Notes: generated from the sequence alone by a model not told the origin. 64,000 nucleotides of DNA from Octopus vulgaris (GCA_951406725.2 OX597818.1:72478001-72542000); one strand, 5' to 3'. Numbered from the stretch's first letter, positions 1 to 12,680 are shown. A program made the numbers and translations.

Positions 1-230
1 CATACATGTACATGCGTACTTTTATGCATTTGTATGAGACAGTTTTGAAGAAAGAAGCAAGTCTGTACACATATACAGACACATTTTCATGAGAGGTGTA
101 TTTGTTGATACATATACATACGTTATGATAAAGTGATTTGCTAGATTTTGTTCTGTTTACGTTAAATTACTGTATTCTCTTTTAACTAACATTATCATTA
201 TCATTATCATTATTCAATTGAAGTTTCTTA

Positions 231-690
231 TTATAGCGGCACTACAGTAATTTTGGGAGCTGTACTTTTGTGATTCTTTCTAAGAGTTTGCGTAAGAGCC
301 CGATAGTCTCTATCTGAAAGTTTTGGTTTTCTTCCGGAGCTTTGCTTCAACGAGGAGATTTTCCCCTCTTTCTCAAAGGCTGTAATTACTTTCGAGACAG
401 TACTTCTTGATACATCAAACATTTCTGCTGTTTTCTTCACGCTAGCGCCTGCCATATAAGCACCAACAATTTTACCTCTTTGAAAGTCTGATAGATCTGT
501 CATTTTAATGAATTTGAATTACCTTTTACTGATGATATCTGAAAAGAACCAACAATTTTAGCAAAATATATTAGGCAGCACTCATAATGAATCAAAAACA
601 TAAAAATAAACAAGCTTTTGACGGTTTTATAGATATTTCAAAATTATGATGCTATGATGCTAGGTGTTTCCATTATTTTGTTCAACCCTG
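231..690 (-). mobile_element. Tc1-like transposon, 5' fragment (HTH region and one TIR); same family as 42885-44132
   Basis: ORF 231..503 MTDLSDFQRGKIVGAYMAGASVKKTAEMFDVSRSTVSKV resembles a paired-like HTH; TIR ggtgtttccattattttgttcaaccctg followed by TA at 691-692; closely similar to 43700-44132. Confidence 0.9.
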
Positions 691-1085
691 TACTAGCTTA
701 AAAGTCACCCAGGCGACTTTTAAGCTAGTGTATAGCTTTTAAGCAACTGGCCCTGAATGGGAAGATCTGCAAACACATCTCTGACTTGTTTTGAAGAATT
801 TGCTGCAATTGCTTCCTCCAGAGTCATATCGCAATGACGATCATATTCGCCGCAAAACATCATGTAAAAAAATCGCCGGAAACAATGACAGTAATTAAAG
901 CATAGGAATACAAAATTTCAGGATTGCAGGTCCGGATTCGGCTCGGAATGTTTTTAATTTACTCACGGAATCAGCCCGATTCCAAAATAGTATGATATTT
1001 TGGGCTTCGCCCTCTAGGAGTAGATTTGAAAATGTGTGACATACTGGCACACTGACATTCACATTTATTATATTATATTATATTA

Positions 1086-1300
1086 TGGTGGCGAGCTGGC
1101 ATAACCGTTAGGACGCCAGTCGAAATACTCATCGGTATTTCGTCTACCGTCAGGTATGCGTTCGAATCCCACCGACTTTGATTTTCATCTTTTTCAGAGT
1201 CGATAAAATTAGTACCACTTACGTACTGGGGTCGATGATATCGAATTAAACCCTTCCCTCAAAATTTGAGGCCTTGTGCTCCCAGGAGAAAGGATCTATT
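1086..1300 (+). mobile_element. tRNA-derived SINE
   Basis: Head ggtggcgagctggcataaccgttagg, B-box gttcgaatcc, core tttcatc...gtcgataaaattagtacc; homologous to 20395-20584 and 7010-7133. Confidence 0.8.
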
Positions 1301-1635
1301 AAAGTTGAAAAAGTGTGACACACTGACATTCACATTTATTATATTAGATATGTGTAATTTTGGGGATACTTTATTTCAATTAAAGGGTATTTTATGTTTG
1401 TTTGTTTGTTTCTATGTATGTATGTATTAAATAAACCAAAAATGATAGCGTTCAGTATGTTGGCGACAGGAATTTGTGGCAAAGAGACATGGTTAAAGAA
1501 AGTTGTACATCATCTTACTCTTTCTCTCACATACCCACTCTTTCTCTCTTGTATTATTACTGCCCCTATCAACACTACTACTTTTAAAAGAACATCATCA
1601 AATCTCCCTAAATTTCTTTGTCTCTTCGCTCCCTC

Positions 1636-1730
1636 TCTTTTCTTTCTTTCTTTCTTCTTTCTTTCTTTCTTTCTTCTTTCTTTCTTTCTTTCTTCTTTCT
1701 TTCTTTCTTTCTTTCTTCTTTCTTTCACTC
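1636..1730. repeat. (TTTC/TTC)n simple repeat
   Basis: Direct reading; source of the F/L/S- and R/K/E-rich ORFs. Confidence 0.95.
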
Positions 1731-2539
1731 TCACTCTCTTCGCTACCTCGTCACCGTTTCTATACCCCTACTATTACTATTAGTTTTTGCATTTATTATA
1801 TTATATTATATAATATTATATACTATATTATATATTATATTATATTATATACATACAGACACACACACACACATACATATATATATTTATATATTCAGCA
1901 CTACCTACTTCATATACGCCTCTATCACTCTCCGTATACGGATTATCCCCACCACCAGTATCACTACTACCATTTTCATATAGGTATCATCATCATCATT
2001 ATTTATGTCTATAAATAGTTCGCCAGTATAATAAGAAACTGCAGTTGAATAATCAAAATGGTAACGTTAGTTAAAATAGAATATAGTATTTTAATGTAAA
2101 CAGAGTGAAACCTTGCAAATAAATCTAGCAAAACGTATTTACATGTACGTATAAACAACTACGTTTCTCTTGAAGATGTGTCTGTAAATATATACAGACT
2201 TGTTTCTTTCTTCAAAACTATACCTCATCCAAATGCATAAAAGTATGCATAGGTGTGTATGGTGTATACACAAAATTATATATATATATATACATACATA
2301 CATATATATATATATGTGTGTGTGTGTGTGAAAGAGAGAGAGGAGGGAGAGTGAGAAAGAGAGATAAAGCAAGAAAGAGAGAGAGCAAGAAAGAGAGAGA
2401 GCAAGAAAGAGGGAGAGCAAGAAAGAGCGAGAGCAAGAAAGAGAGAGAGCAAGAAAGAGAAAGAGAGAGAGAAAGGCTTATAATCAAAACTGTACCCGTG
2501 AACCCCATTTGCACACACTAATAAAATGTATGTATGCCG

Positions 2540-3894
2540 ATGCTTACTTTTAAGTGAAAATTACAACATACTTCAGTGTGGAGCAGGAAGGACGAATCTT
2601 TTTGAAAAATTCACAAAAGTTTAGAAGCAAACAAATTTTATTGACATCAGTGTGTATTGAATTAGCATTTGTCAACATCAAGTGTGGAAAACAAGTGGTG
2701 TCTATTTTCGTTGATGCCTTTTTGAAGGCGTTCATCGAAATTGCCTTCTACTCTCTCCAGCATTGCTCTGTCGATTTGGGCGATTCCACGCGAATAGCTT
2801 CATTCAAATCGTTCAATATAGTGGCCTTATGCACATACACACGTGCTTTGGATTTCCCCACAAGAAATAATCACACATGGACAAATCAGGGGACCAAGGG
2901 TCCAAGGAACGTCAGCAAACCTGGAAATGAGGCGATCACTGAAGAGAGGGCAAAGAAAGTCCATTGATGCTCTGGCTGTGTGGGTCGTCGCCCCATCCAG
3001 CTGAAACTACACACGTTGAATAGGCATACATTTTCAAGCCCAAATTCAGGCACAAAAAATGTTTATTCTCTCGATATATCGCTCGGAGTTCACAATAACA
3101 GCATTTCATTTACCGTCTTCAGAAAAGTAAGGAGAAATGACGGCAGCTTTTCCAACAGCACACCAGAACGTCACTTTTGGGCTGTGCAGTGATTATTCGT
3201 GCAGATCTCTCGGATTTTGAAGAGTCCAATAACGACAGTTCCGTTGATTTACCATGTTGTTGAGATGAAAATGAGCCCTATCACTCATTAACAAAATGAG
3301 GTTGTCATTTGCCTCAAAAATTAGTTCTAACTGACGTGTGAAGTTAAGCCGCTGTGCTTCGTCCCATGGCTTCAACTGTACCTCAAAAAACAAATTGGTG
3401 GGGGTAGTAATGCAGGTTTCCATGCAAAATACGCCTTAATGATCGATTACCGATGCTAAGTTCAGTGAAATGCCTCTGAGCAGAACAATTCGGACTCCAT
3501 ATCAAAGTTTATCTGACGTGTTCCACATTTTCCGGGTCCGTACTGTTTGTAACGCCCCCACCAGTCTCCTATTCATTAGTGTACCTCGTGTACGAAGTAC
3601 ATTCGCCCAACGTAAGATTGTGTCACGGGTGGGAGCAACTTGATTTCGGTGAACGTTAAAGTGGCGCCGAAACTCAAGATGCATTGCTGTGACAGACTCG
3701 TTTATTTTTCATATAACTGTTGTAGGCAAACACGCAATGCTCTATCGTCCAACGTGCCATGGCCTCACCCGAAAAGAAAGAAAGAAAAATGCTAAGAGAA
3801 CACAGACCGAATGATACCTGTTGGACATATATCACTGCCCTTGGAGCTGAGTTATAGCGATTTCAAAAACGTCTGTTCTCTCTACCCTACCCTG
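2540..3894 (-). mobile_element. Degenerate Tc1/mariner-superfamily transposon, DD41D (rosa-like) transposase
   Basis: Minus-strand fragments FRRHFNVHRNQVAPTRDTILRW, MSDRAHFHLNNMVNQRNCRYW, FQLDGATTHTA...W(frameshift)PWSPDLSMCDYFLWG; 41 residues between 2nd and 3rd D after repairing a 1-nt frameshift; end ...ctaccctg|ta near 3894. Confidence 0.8.
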
Positions 3895-4413
3895 TATTTG
3901 AAAGTCCTGGTAAATAGTATTAGCAAAGTATATATCTAGACAAACACTGGAAATTTTGGTGTATTTTAAATTCTATGTTAGATGCGTTTCATTAGAGGAA
4001 AACATGTAGAGAATCTCCTGACCTGTGACTATTCAGACAAAGATTCACAAATATTATATTCGAAACTTTGTCTAAGAATTTCATTTAATACTAGCTAACC
4101 TGTGTCCTCTAAACTGTAAAATTACAAAGCAAAAGCTATTCATAGTTAATAGTTATAAATTTGTGAATGGCAAAACTTCATATACATAATGGTTATTGTT
4201 AGAAGTTGGAGTAAAAGTTAACTCCTGTGTTCTAGAAACACCATGTGTATTCAATCTAACACCTTCAAAAATATCTTGGAACGCTGGTCTTAGAGATTCA
4301 CAATGAATATTTATCAAATGATGAACCTAGACGATTTTTTTCAGACCAAGAGGCAAAACGCTCCCTGGTTTAACCACATTAGTGGGGTTTTACTTTTAAA
4401 GTCAACAATATTC

Positions 4414-4446
<33 letters not shown>

Positions 4447-5199
4447 TTCATATAGCACATGAATATATCGTTGTATATAAATTTATTTGCAACAAACACA
4501 TTACTTGTAATTAAATTGATATACTGAAATCATGCGATTTTCTTAGGCGAAATGGAATTTGTTTTTATTATTGTTTTAGATCTCCAGACTGGGCTTCAAG
4601 CTACATTTGTATAAATATTAATATTTCCATCTGTCGTTATTTTGCTTTACTTGTTTTGCAGATGTGTCTAGAAAAAGACGAAGAGCAGTGGTGACAGCAA
4701 ATATAATTTTTCCATCGGAATAATCTTACAGAGTTGATTTTACGTAAGAATTAAGTAAATAGCCTCATGCCGCCTTGAGTCTTTTAGAAGTAATAGAAAT
4801 GACCTTTCACTTAACTTGCTAAACAATAGAAACTTAAATAGAAATTTCACGAAAATGCAACTGAAAACCAAGAATTTGTTCTGACATTATATATATAAAT
4901 ATATATTTAACATTTGCAACATTTAATCCAGACTCGCTTACTTTCTACCCGTTTTTCTCCCTCTCCATCCGTTTTCTCTGCTTAATCCTTCCTGTAGATG
5001 AGCATAGGCTTGAAACGTCAAAGTTTTCTTCCACGTTAAATGAGTGTCTTGCATGCACATGTATAAAGAACATTCGCTCTGTAGGGTTATTTGCGACACT
5101 CTGCTGGGGGTTAGCTCTTCCCCTCCACTCTCACCTTCCACATCATATGATATATGAACAGGACGTTGATTAATTGACCTAAGATAAAATATACTTTTC

Positions 5200-5960
5200 A
5201 CCGATGATTTCATTCTTAGCCACTATAAAGCCACATTTGACGCAGACACAGAAAGCCAGTATCATCTACTGCTTTCGGTCTATCACATTCATATGTTGCG
5301 AAAGTTTGCTAGAATCGTGTATCAGAATTCTGTGATGGCCTGTTAAAGATGGAATTTATTTCTGTCGTCTGGTTGCTTCTCTGAATCGTGCGGTCCATCG
5401 ATGGCTTTCGTTATTCGTCTCTAAGAGCACGCAGTTTTGTGCACAACACAACCTCTGTGTTATGTGTTTCAGAATTTCTCAAGGCCAATGGTAATTCCTA
5501 AAGCGACGGTTGAGATGTCATTTCCGTAAGTGTTTCACATATTGCTCAGTATCTCTGTTTTTTTTTTTTTCTCCCAGTCTTAGTGACTTCATGAATATCC
5601 TAGCGATACTATTTCATTTTTATCACCACCGGTTTTTAGCAATCATCCATTTGAAAAGCTGCCTATCTCACTTAGTCACTAGTACCATTGCTCTACGCGT
5701 TTTGACTCGAGAAAATGCATTCAGATTCGAGATGCTAAGTTTATGCCAATACCAGTCGTCTAGTTCGACCGTCTGCATTACAAATCTGTGTTCTGTTTAC
5801 TTGAAATTATGGACACATTAGCCAAACTCTGATTTAAATAAACATAAAAATACAACCAAGATAATTCGATGCATTTGTTCCAGTATTCGAGAAATCCAAT
5901 CGGTATTTGTCAAATAACAGGAAACGTTAAATGTTTTCGAAACTTTTGCACCAACCTATT
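5200..5960 (-). mobile_element. Old mariner-like relic
   Basis: acttttgcaccaacctat at 5942-5959 is the reverse complement of a mariner-type TIR (taggttggtgcaaaagt); weak N-terminal transposase-like residues near 5520-5640. Confidence 0.45.
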
Positions 5961-7009
5961 GTATTGTACGTCTCGACTAGATACTGGAGAGTGATTTATA
6001 TGTAGCTTAACATTCTTCCACCATCATTAAAGGGCCTCATACTTCACCAAACATCAGTAGTCCCTTGAAGAAGTCTGGCCGTCCTGTATGGAAGGTGATA
6101 ATGAAAGAGGTATGTGGTTAGTGGATTGGAGATCTGCTTCATTTTGTTTTCTTACTTTTCTCCTCTTTACCCATACAGCAAGGAAAGATTGCTGTTGTGT
6201 GAAGAGGAGAAAAAACTCACCATTGCATCATGAGTGGTTGCAGTTTGGGACCCCAAGGGCCAAAGGATGAACTGTGTGTATATATGTAAGCGTATTTTTG
6301 TAATTTTTCTGGCCGAGTGGGTTGCTTCTTTTGATTAACGTGACGAGGTGAGAATTCTCTTTCAAGAGTGTGGCGTAAGTTTCCGTTGTGGTTGTCATAG
6401 TGGGGCTTTATTGGTAGGCCTATGATCAAAAATACTTTGCTCTCAATATATCGCCCTTTTCATGTATAATTTACTCTAGTTAAGTTGAAAATAGTAAGGA
6501 ATCATTTCATACAGGTCTGACTGTTATTTCTAAAAATAACAGTGTGGAGGTTTTCACATTGACATTGCTGTGCTTCAGTGGAATCAGCAATCAGTGAGTC
6601 GTTGGTCATCTGTACTCACTTCAGGTAAATTACATTGAACTTAAAACACAAAGCAATTCTAATACACATACATTTGTCATGCAAAATTTATTTCCAATAT
6701 TCAACGCATCGTAGGTAACATATAAAAGCTTGGAATACGCTGAACACACACACTTTCAAAAAGTTTGTGGTTTAGTTTAGTATCACAAACTTCTACTTGG
6801 GTGTCTTTACCAGAGTCTACACTCTTGCAATAATTTGTTAGAAGTTTTCGATCTGAGAGTCACTCGATCTCTTGATCCCATGCAGCAACGTATGAGTCAT
6901 GATTCTGCTGTTTCTTCTACTTTTTTTGTACACACTCATTTCAGACGCCCTGGGATTAATCGCATGGTCATTACTTTTCTTCTTTTAACTAAGTTATAAA
7001 AATATATAT

Positions 7010-7133
7010 TCATCTAAAAGGATGAAGGGTAAAAACTGACCTCGGCGGCATTTGAACTCAGAATGTAAAGACAGACGAAATGCCACTAAACACCCCTCCC
7101 GACGTGCTAACAATTCTACCAGCTCACCACCTT
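7010..7133 (-). mobile_element. tRNA-derived SINE, 5' fragment
   Basis: Reverse complement aaggtggtgagctggtagaattgttagcacgtc...gagttcaaatgccgccgaggtca; same family as 1086-1300. Confidence 0.75.
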
Positions 7134-8423
7134 ATATATATTTTTATAACTTAGCTAAAAGTATAAAAATATATAAAATATATATATATGTTAAACTGAT
7201 TCTAATTCATTTCTTTTATCATTAACCAGTTAACCAGTTAACTAATCGATTATTTGATTAAGCGTTCCATCACTCAATTAGTCAGTTAGGATTGTCAAAA
7301 GACCCCTTTGTCATCATATGCAACCCCATCAATGACATTCCAATGACATTCCTCTCTACCCCAAGTCTGCACAAATTATAAAAATATAAATCCATTCCCC
7401 CTGTTTCAGACAATATTATTTGTGATAGTACATGACTTTCAAGATATGGGAAGTTGTATAGTTCAATATGACATGTTTTCTAATATTTAGACATGAACAA
7501 TTCTTCTAACAGCTAATTTGGGAAATTTCAAACTATATAATCATCCAGTATACAATATATTTTCGTATAAGGGCGTCTACTTTGCCTCTCCTTTGGATAT
7601 TTAAATATATCGTAAAATAAGAACTGTATCATGAAACATTGAATGTATATTATTTAAATTATACTCTATAAATAAAGGAAAACAATACAAGAAAATTTAG
7701 AAGCAACCACAGATATCGTATGCTATTCTTATATGAAAATTTCTCATTAGAATGATGGCAGAAGCAAATTAAATGACAATGTGATTACCAGCATTATAAC
7801 GTCTCGAGTGCATCAACTTCCGGCGTAGAATTAAAATTAAAACCTTCTGTATTGACAAATCATGGAAGTTGATTGAATTGACATATCGATTGAAAAGTTT
7901 TTTTTTTTTCTCAACAAATCATTTCAGTGGTGCGTACTGAATACTTCGAATAAATACGACATTTATTGCGTGCTGCAATACTTCGAATAAATACGACGTT
8001 TAAATCTATTCCGATTCTTTCGCTGGTTGTTGATTCCAAATAATTTATTAGAAAATGTACATGTGTTTTATACAACTTTCACTGAAATATTTATTCGTAT
8101 TTCAGCTACGAGAGTAAACGTAACATAAAAGTATCGTTGACAAAAATCATTAAAAAATTATATAAAAACTGAAATTATTTAGGCCACCGGTAATCTGAAG
8201 ATACGTTCTAAGGCTAAACCTCCGACGAGCGAGAAACCTAGGGTTACCCCATAAGCCCCCCATTGTCTATATATATATATATTTATATATTTATATATCA
8301 GGATTAAATAAAAAGAACACAACAAACGAAAGATTATATATATATATATATATACAATATGTTACATTACTCGGTAGTCAAGATAAAACTCTGAGTTTCA
8401 GATGCCGAAGTGGAAATCCGGAT

Positions 8424-8794
8424 AGAAAACGGATAGAACATGCTTTCTGTGTTATGTCCCAAGAAGATTTTATATATTTTTATATATTTTTATATATTTT
8501 TATGTATTTTTATATAATTTTTATGACGAAAAATGCGAGCGATGTATAAGTACGCAGGCAAAGCAGAGTTATAACAGAGTAATTTCCCTTCATTTTTAAC
8601 GGTATTTTTTCATAACGTTTTCAAATAGCCAGATAACCGAAGAGATGGTGTTGTGGATTTCCACTTCGGCATCTGAAACTCAGAGTTTTATCTTGACTAC
8701 CGAGTAATGTAACATATTGTATAGATAAATTTCCTCTATTTACATAATATTGAGGTCTCTTTCTTTCTTTTGTTATCTTACCGTTTTATCAATA
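8424..8794 (+). repeat. 5' pseudo-LTR (371 bp), direct repeat of 11013-11383
   Basis: Base-by-base comparison found one mismatch (8724 g vs 11313 t); begins with the last 13 nt of the ORF, as expected for a partial tandem. Confidence 0.95.
8631..8693 (+). ncRNA. Type-I hammerhead ribozyme in 5' pLTR (U4C core variant)
   Basis: agataa-CCGAAGA-gatg..(gtgg/ccac)..catc-t-GAAA-ct-cag-ag-TT-ttatct; stems I, II and III pair; GUU triplet. Confidence 0.75.
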
Positions 8795-8898
8795 AATCAC
8801 CTCCCGGACGACGTTATTCTCAACTAAGAGCTAATACGACCTTTTTGGGATTATCGCCTAACATCGGTTGAGGACTCTCACAAACAAAAGAATCTAAT

Positions 8899-11025
8899 AT
8901 GGACGCATATCACATAGATTATTCTATGAAAGATATACCGATCCCATCAAAGGATTTTTACTCTAAGAAACTTCTGCAAAAAATTACTGATGTAATTAAG
9001 CGTATGAGATAGAAGGCTTTCTTTTTTGACACAGAAGCGAACACCAAGGAAAACATTTGCTATCGGATAAAATCCAAAAAATTCCCTCCTAGGATTAAAG
9101 GCTTGGAAGATTTCGAAGCGGACCTGCTGAAGATCATGAACAAAATAAAGTTTCGTAAGTCTTTTAACAATTTCCAACATAAATTGAAAAAAGATATTGA
9201 TCATATAAAAAGCTCCAAGAAAAAAGCACTCTTTTCGGATAAAACCAAGAACTTATACCTGGTAGATAACAGCAAATACACACAACTCTTACACAACAGC
9301 ATCATTAATAATTATACTAAGGCTAGGGCACAGACATATAACGAAATTAATAAAGAAGCTAGCGTCATCGCCGCTAAACTTAAATTAGATAAAAAAATAG
9401 AAACCCTCCCCCAAAAAGAGGCCTTTATTACTATTAAAGACCACAAAGAAAACTTCCTTTCCAACCCTAAATGTAGGCTTATCAACCCAGCCAAGTCAGA
9501 ACTAGGGATTATTAGCAAAGAAATTTTAGATAAAATAAATACGAAAATTAAGACCGATAGTAGGCTAGTGCAATGGTCCAATAGTATAGAAGTCGTAGAC
9601 TGGTTTAAAGCTATTAAGAATAAGAAAAAAGCGAGGTTTACACAATTCGATATTGTTGATTTTTATGCCTCTATCTCTAAAGAACTGCTAGATAAAGCCC
9701 TAATCTTCGCTAGTGACTTCATAGAAATTAGTACCAATGATAAGGATATAATCTTCCATGCTAGAAAGACATTACTTTTCAGTGAGAATGCAAAGTGGGT
9801 AAAAAACACCGACACGGAGGGCGCTTTCGATGTGAGCATGGGTTCATATGATGGGGCAGGCATCTGTGATCTAATTGGACTCTTTCTCCTAGATACCTTA
9901 GGTAAGACATTCCCTAACGTACATTTCGCCATCTACAAAGATGATGCCCTCGCCTTAACAGCTAATACAAATGGACCAGCACAAGATCGTTTTAGGAAGG
10001 ATATTATCCAGTTAATGAAACACTTCGGACTAAGTATAACTATAGACACTTACCTGACGGTTGTCAATTTCTTAGACGTTTCCTTAGATCTTAATAATAA
10101 TATTTATAAGCCTTATAGGAAGCCCAATGATAGACTAAGTTATATTAATGTAGGTTCATGCCATCCCCCTATAGTATTCAAAAATTTAGTTAAAAATATT
10201 AGTAAGAGGATTTCTAGCCTCTCATCTAATGAGGACATCTTCAATAGCGTTGCCCCAGTTTATAATAAAGCTTTAAAAGATAGTGGTTTTAGCGAAAAAA
10301 TAAAATATACACCTATCACCAGCCTAACAATAAGGAAAAGGAATAATAGAAATAGGAAGGTCATCTGGTTTACGCCCCCTTACTCACCCGAGGTGGCCTT
10401 CAATATAGGTAAATATTTCCTAGCACTGATAGATAGACATTTTCCAGTTAACCATGCTTATAGGAAACTCTTCAATAGACACAATTTAAAAATTAGTTTT
10501 AGTTCAACTACCAATTTTAAAAACATAATCAATCATAACATACAAAAAACACAAGAAGAAAACAGCTGTTCATGCAGGAATAAAGAATTGTGCCCGCTAA
10601 ATGGAGCTTGCATGTCCAAGACCATCATATATGAAGCTACCGTAAACTCTATAACCACTAAAGACACCGTTTCGACGAAGAAATACGTGGGCCTGACAGA
10701 GGGTAATTTCAAGGCCAGGTTCAATAACCACACTTTGAGCTTTAGGCACTGGAACAAAAGAAAAGCGACACAATTATCCAATCATATTTGGTCTTTAAGA
10801 GATAAAGGTGTCGATTATAACATACAATGGAAGATTTTGGCCAGATGTAAGCCCTATACTAACGGCAGCGGAAGGTGCGGTTTATGCGACATGGAGAGAT
10901 GGCTTATCTGGAAAAGCAGCTTAGACCCTACCACATGTCTAAATACAAGGACAGAGCTTTTCGGATCATGCCCACATGTGACTAAATTTCTGTTACGTTT
11001 TTGGTCCCCTAAAGAAAACGGATAG
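8899..11025 (+). CDS. PLE reverse transcriptase + GIY-YIG endonuclease (~708 codons), one in-frame TAG at 9010-9012
   Basis: ATG 8899 in frame with ORF 9103..11025: MDAYHIDYSMKDIPIPSKDFYSKKLLQKITDVIKRMR*KAFFFD...; RT motifs FDIVDFYASI, SMGSYDGAGICDLIG, IYKDDAL, NFLDVSLDL; linker CSCRNKELC (CxCx5C); EN IIYEATV...KYVGLTEGNFKARFNNH, CGLCDMER. Confidence 0.92.
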
Positions 11026-11378
11026 AACATGCTTTCTGTGTTATGTCCCAAGAAGATTTTATATATTTTTATATATTTTTATATATTTTTATGTATTTTT
11101 ATATAATTTTTATGACGAAAAATGCGAGCGATGTATAAGTACGCAGGCAAAGCAGAGTTATAACAGAGTAATTTCCCTTCATTTTTAACGGTATTTTTTC
11201 ATAACGTTTTCAAATAGCCAGATAACCGAAGAGATGGTGTTGTGGATTTCCACTTCGGCATCTGAAACTCAGAGTTTTATCTTGACTACCGAGTAATGTA
11301 ACATATTGTATATATAAATTTCCTCTATTTACATAATATTGAGGTCTCTTTCTTTCTTTTGTTATCTTACCGTTTTAT

Positions 11379-11383
<5 letters not shown>
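11013..11383 (+). repeat. 3' pseudo-LTR (371 bp)
   Basis: Direct repeat of 8424-8794, runs directly into (TA)n. Confidence 0.95.
11220..11282 (+). ncRNA. Type-I hammerhead ribozyme in 3' pLTR (U4C core variant)
   Basis: Identical to 8631-8693. Confidence 0.75.
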
Positions 11384-11421
<38 letters not shown>

Positions 11422-11436
11422 TATATATATAAATAT

Positions 11437-11513
<77 letters not shown>

Positions 11514-11804
11514 TGTATGTATATGTAGATAGTAACCACATACGTATATACGTATGCAACACACTCATACAGGCATTATCTACTCTGGTATATCATTTTG
11601 ATATTTCCTATTCTCCTTTGCTAATCAGATTATTGTCCAAACAAATATATTACACGAACTATACTATGTAGCTTCTTAGACTATGTATAATTTGAGGTGC
11701 CTATTTATTCTCTCTCTCCCCATCTCACTGTATATACGTATGTATATATGTGTGTGTAGGCACATATACATATATACATTCATATATATATATATATAAA
11801 TATA

Positions 11805-12680
11805 TATTTAAATATAATAAATAACAATAGGGTAATAAGAATGTATTATTACCAGTGGCCTAGCACAAAAACGAATTAGTCATTAGACTATATATTATTC
11901 ACATAGAAATACAATAAGAGACTTTCAAATAGGGATCATTTTTGTGTTAGGCCACTGGTAATAACAATTTCCTATTACCCTATTGTTATTTATTATGTTT
12001 AAATATTCTTTGATAGATTTGTTCGAAATTTTTACCGGCATCCTCTCTGTCGCCGGGTATAATCTGCGTCTGCTCAGTGGTCTGAAAAGTTAGAATATAC
12101 AGGCAGTTAGTTTTACATGTGGATTTGGCGGCATGTATATTTGAAACCTAAAGGCTTCCCACTGATGAAGACTGGCCTTCAGCGAATATTTTTTATGCTG
12201 GAAATAGTTAGAAACCATGGTCTGGGAAATAATTGAGATGGTAAACGTTTTTAATTTTCATTCCCTTCGAGAATTTACCCTTATTTGGTGGTTTGAGTTT
12301 TCTACTGCTCTTTCTAGCACAAGGCTTTCCTATTTGGAAGCCTCTTATTGTATTTCTATGTGAATAATATATAGTCTAATGACTAATTCGTTTTTGTGCT
12401 AGGCCACTGGTAATAATAATTTCCATTCCTTTCGAGAATTTATCCTTATTTGGTGGTTTGACTTTTCTACTGCTCTTTCTAGCACAAGGCTTTCCTATTT
12501 GGAAGCCTCTTATTGTATTTCTATGTGAATAATATATAGTCTAATGACTAATTCGTTTTTGTGCTAGGCCACTGGTAATAATAATTTCCATTCCTTTCGA
12601 GAATTTATCCTTATTTGGTGGGTTGACTTTTCTACTGCTCTTTCTAGCACAAGGCTTTCCTATTTGGAAACCTCTTATTG

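Larger units (their letters stand above)
8349..11383 (+). mobile_element. Near-intact Penelope-like retroelement (C-terminal endonuclease, Hydra-clade-like) inserted in (TA)n
   Basis: Inverted piece 8349-8419 + pLTR 8424-8794 + ORF + pLTR 11013-11383; (TA)n on both sides; RT and GIY-YIG motifs in the ORF. Confidence 0.95.

Noticed and set aside
8190-8250. CTGAAGA / CCGACGA...GAAA-C-ctag-G motif upstream of the PLE
   Set aside because: Cleavage triplet and stem I are not properly formed; at most a decayed relic, so not listed as a ribozyme
9010-9012. Selenocysteine read-through, as reported for some PLEs
   Set aside because: The stop is TAG rather than TGA and falls at an expected Trp, not Cys
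9312-11051. Antisense ORFs within the PLE
   Set aside because: Shadow frames of the RT-EN ORF with no motifs
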